A stretch of 64,000 nucleotides of DNA from Antedon mediterranea (lineage: Eukaryota; Animalia; Echinodermata), in the NCBI RefSeq assembly GCF_964355755.1, contig NC_092674.1, forward strand, positions 30,876,001 through 30,940,000, in the 5' to 3' direction. Shown here piece after piece: positions 62,153 through 64,000 of the stretch (the stretch's first letter is position 1; each line of letters opens with the position of its first letter). Below the pieces are notes generated by a model that worked only from the letters and a program-made list of their open reading frames with translations, was not told the origin of the DNA and did not search any database. Position numbers and translations under genes: made by a program.

Positions 62153-63541
62153 TTAGAGACGGAAATATTGAATACAAATGAATACATAAAGGATGGAGCA
62201 TACCTCAAAACAATTTTCATATAATAGTGGTCAATTATCAACTTATTTAGAGAATGCATTAAAAAAAAAAAAATATCGTACTGTATGTCCGAAACAAGGA
62301 CAATGATTTGTAAAATGGGCCAGGGGCATCATTTACGAAATAAAAGAAAGAAATCATGTAGCAATATAAAAATTGATTAAAACCTTTATATTTTTATTAT
62401 TATTTATGTTTTTATTCTTTCGCAGTTTTATAAAGCTGGCTTCTCTTTTCTTCTGTTTTGTGTATTTTGGTGATGGGTATTTTATCAGAGTTTATTTATT
62501 TCATTCCTTGCTTTTAGAATTCATTAACATGTCCTCTGTTGCCATGGAGAAAGGAAATAACACTCAACTATTGTTGCTATGGACACAAGCCCAAATGCGC
62601 TATAGTTCATTAAACTATTTGTAGTGCTGTCATTTTAACTATTTGACTTTTAACATTTTTTTATTAATCATTAATCATTTAATTAAGTTTATATGATGTT
62701 AATAATAACTAATTATACTTTATATTTTATAAAATTATACAATAAAATCTCATCCACAAGTTTCCGATGTACATTTGCAGACACACAGAAACTACCCAAT
62801 GGTATACTGGAAATCAATTTATTAATGAATGGAGAAGTTGAGGAAATCTGTGAATAAATTAATTTAATTGTTAAATAAGCCAACATTTTTTACCACATTC
62901 AAAATCTATTTTATTTTTAATCTAATTTTAATGAAGTATTAGATCATTGAACTCAGCCACCTAGCTAGCACATCCTATTTCTCACCTAACCTAATTAATA
63001 TTTTAAGACCATATTATTAGAACGCATGCTATTTAAAGAATCTTATTTTACATAGGATAACCATTATTAAGTAGTTAATATTAGCTTTGTAAATAGTTAC
63101 CTTTAAGACTTTTAAAAGCTTTAGGAAATAAGACTTGTATGCAAGTTTATTCAATTAAGTAACAACTTAGGTGTAAGCATTTACTTAATTTGTTTTCATT
63201 CTTAGTCATACTTGTAAGTAAGTAAGTAGTAAATATATTTCTTGTAGATCTAAAATACAATGACATTTTTTTTCATGATACATTTTCAAAGTTATTATTT
63301 AACATTGGCGTCATCTTTTTTGGATTTTTCATTTTTTTGGCTAAAATCTTTTTTGGCTTTCATTTTTTAATTGTAAATTTATAAATCACAAAAGCAGGAA
63401 AAGTTTAATCCCACAATGCAATGTACTTGTAATTAAGGAAGTCTGATAGATCATTGTGGATATACTGAGCCAAAAAAGAACTGGGATCAACATTTTGTTA
63501 ATCTTCCATCATACAGCTTTGACTTTTTACACAATTTGTAA

Positions 63542-63683
63542 AGCACTGTTTACAAGATCAAACTTTATGTGACAAAAAAAAAGTGATGTGCCCATATTTG
63601 GACATGATGATGTCATTACTGCATATTATTTAGGCACATCACAATTTTTTGTCAAACTTGTTTGATAGGGTATAGACAGAGCT
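63542..63683. mobile_element. Harbinger-type MITE (family A)
   Basis: Degenerate TIRs flanked by a direct TAA repeat. Confidence 0.78.
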
Positions 63684-64000
63684 TAACATTTATTTATTCA
63701 ACAGTGTGTCAAAAACACAGGATCGCCATTACATATAATATGAAATTTGATTTACATTTAGGCATTTCATACGTCTTATCTAACTATCCCAGCATGCATT
63801 TCAATTCTATATATAGCTATTATAATATCAAGGTTGAAGGTATGGATGATAACTATTTTGTCATTAGTTTAAGTTTGTTAACATTAGATGTTGCATGGTT
63901 TTTATAACTAACAATAGCTTTAGTTTAAACATAGGTATATTAACATATTAAATACTGCATGGTGTTTGTACACTACGCCCATTGATATCATAACTATTAA

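Overview
This is AT-rich, intron-containing animal genomic DNA. It is probably an invertebrate deuterostome such as an echinoderm (inferred from a Deu-domain tRNA-SINE and the gene content). Genes, left to right: (1) the 3' part of a CLC-3/4/5-type Cl-/H+ antiporter gene (+, 1368-3808), which includes a U12-type minor intron; (2) a tandem cluster of four 4-exon DUF229 / alkaline-phosphatase-superfamily type II membrane protein genes (-, 5152-23465) whose sequences are mosaics of one another; (3) a CKAP2/CKAP2L-like gene (+, 24533-28436) with a GC-AG intron; (4) a C4orf33/UPF0462-like gene (-, 29456-31547); (5) the 5' part of a large CRACD/KIAA1211-like (DUF4592) gene (+, from about 32.2/38.0 kb, apparently continuing past the last exon I can place). 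The most unusual feature is a 33-bp tandem array that copies the 3' end of a CRACD-like coding exon together with its splice donor. It gives 25 in-frame CAA|GTAAGT donors, each adding an 11-aa unit, most with an RxRxxS motif. Introns and intergenic DNA carry many copies of one Harbinger-type MITE, two DeuSINE-like copies, a degenerate Harbinger element with a nested fold-back insert, a pair of inverted hairpin elements around a coding exon, a 5'-truncated CR1/L2-type LINE with an open reading frame, and several minisatellites. All exon boundaries were read by eye and family names come from motif recognition, not database searches.
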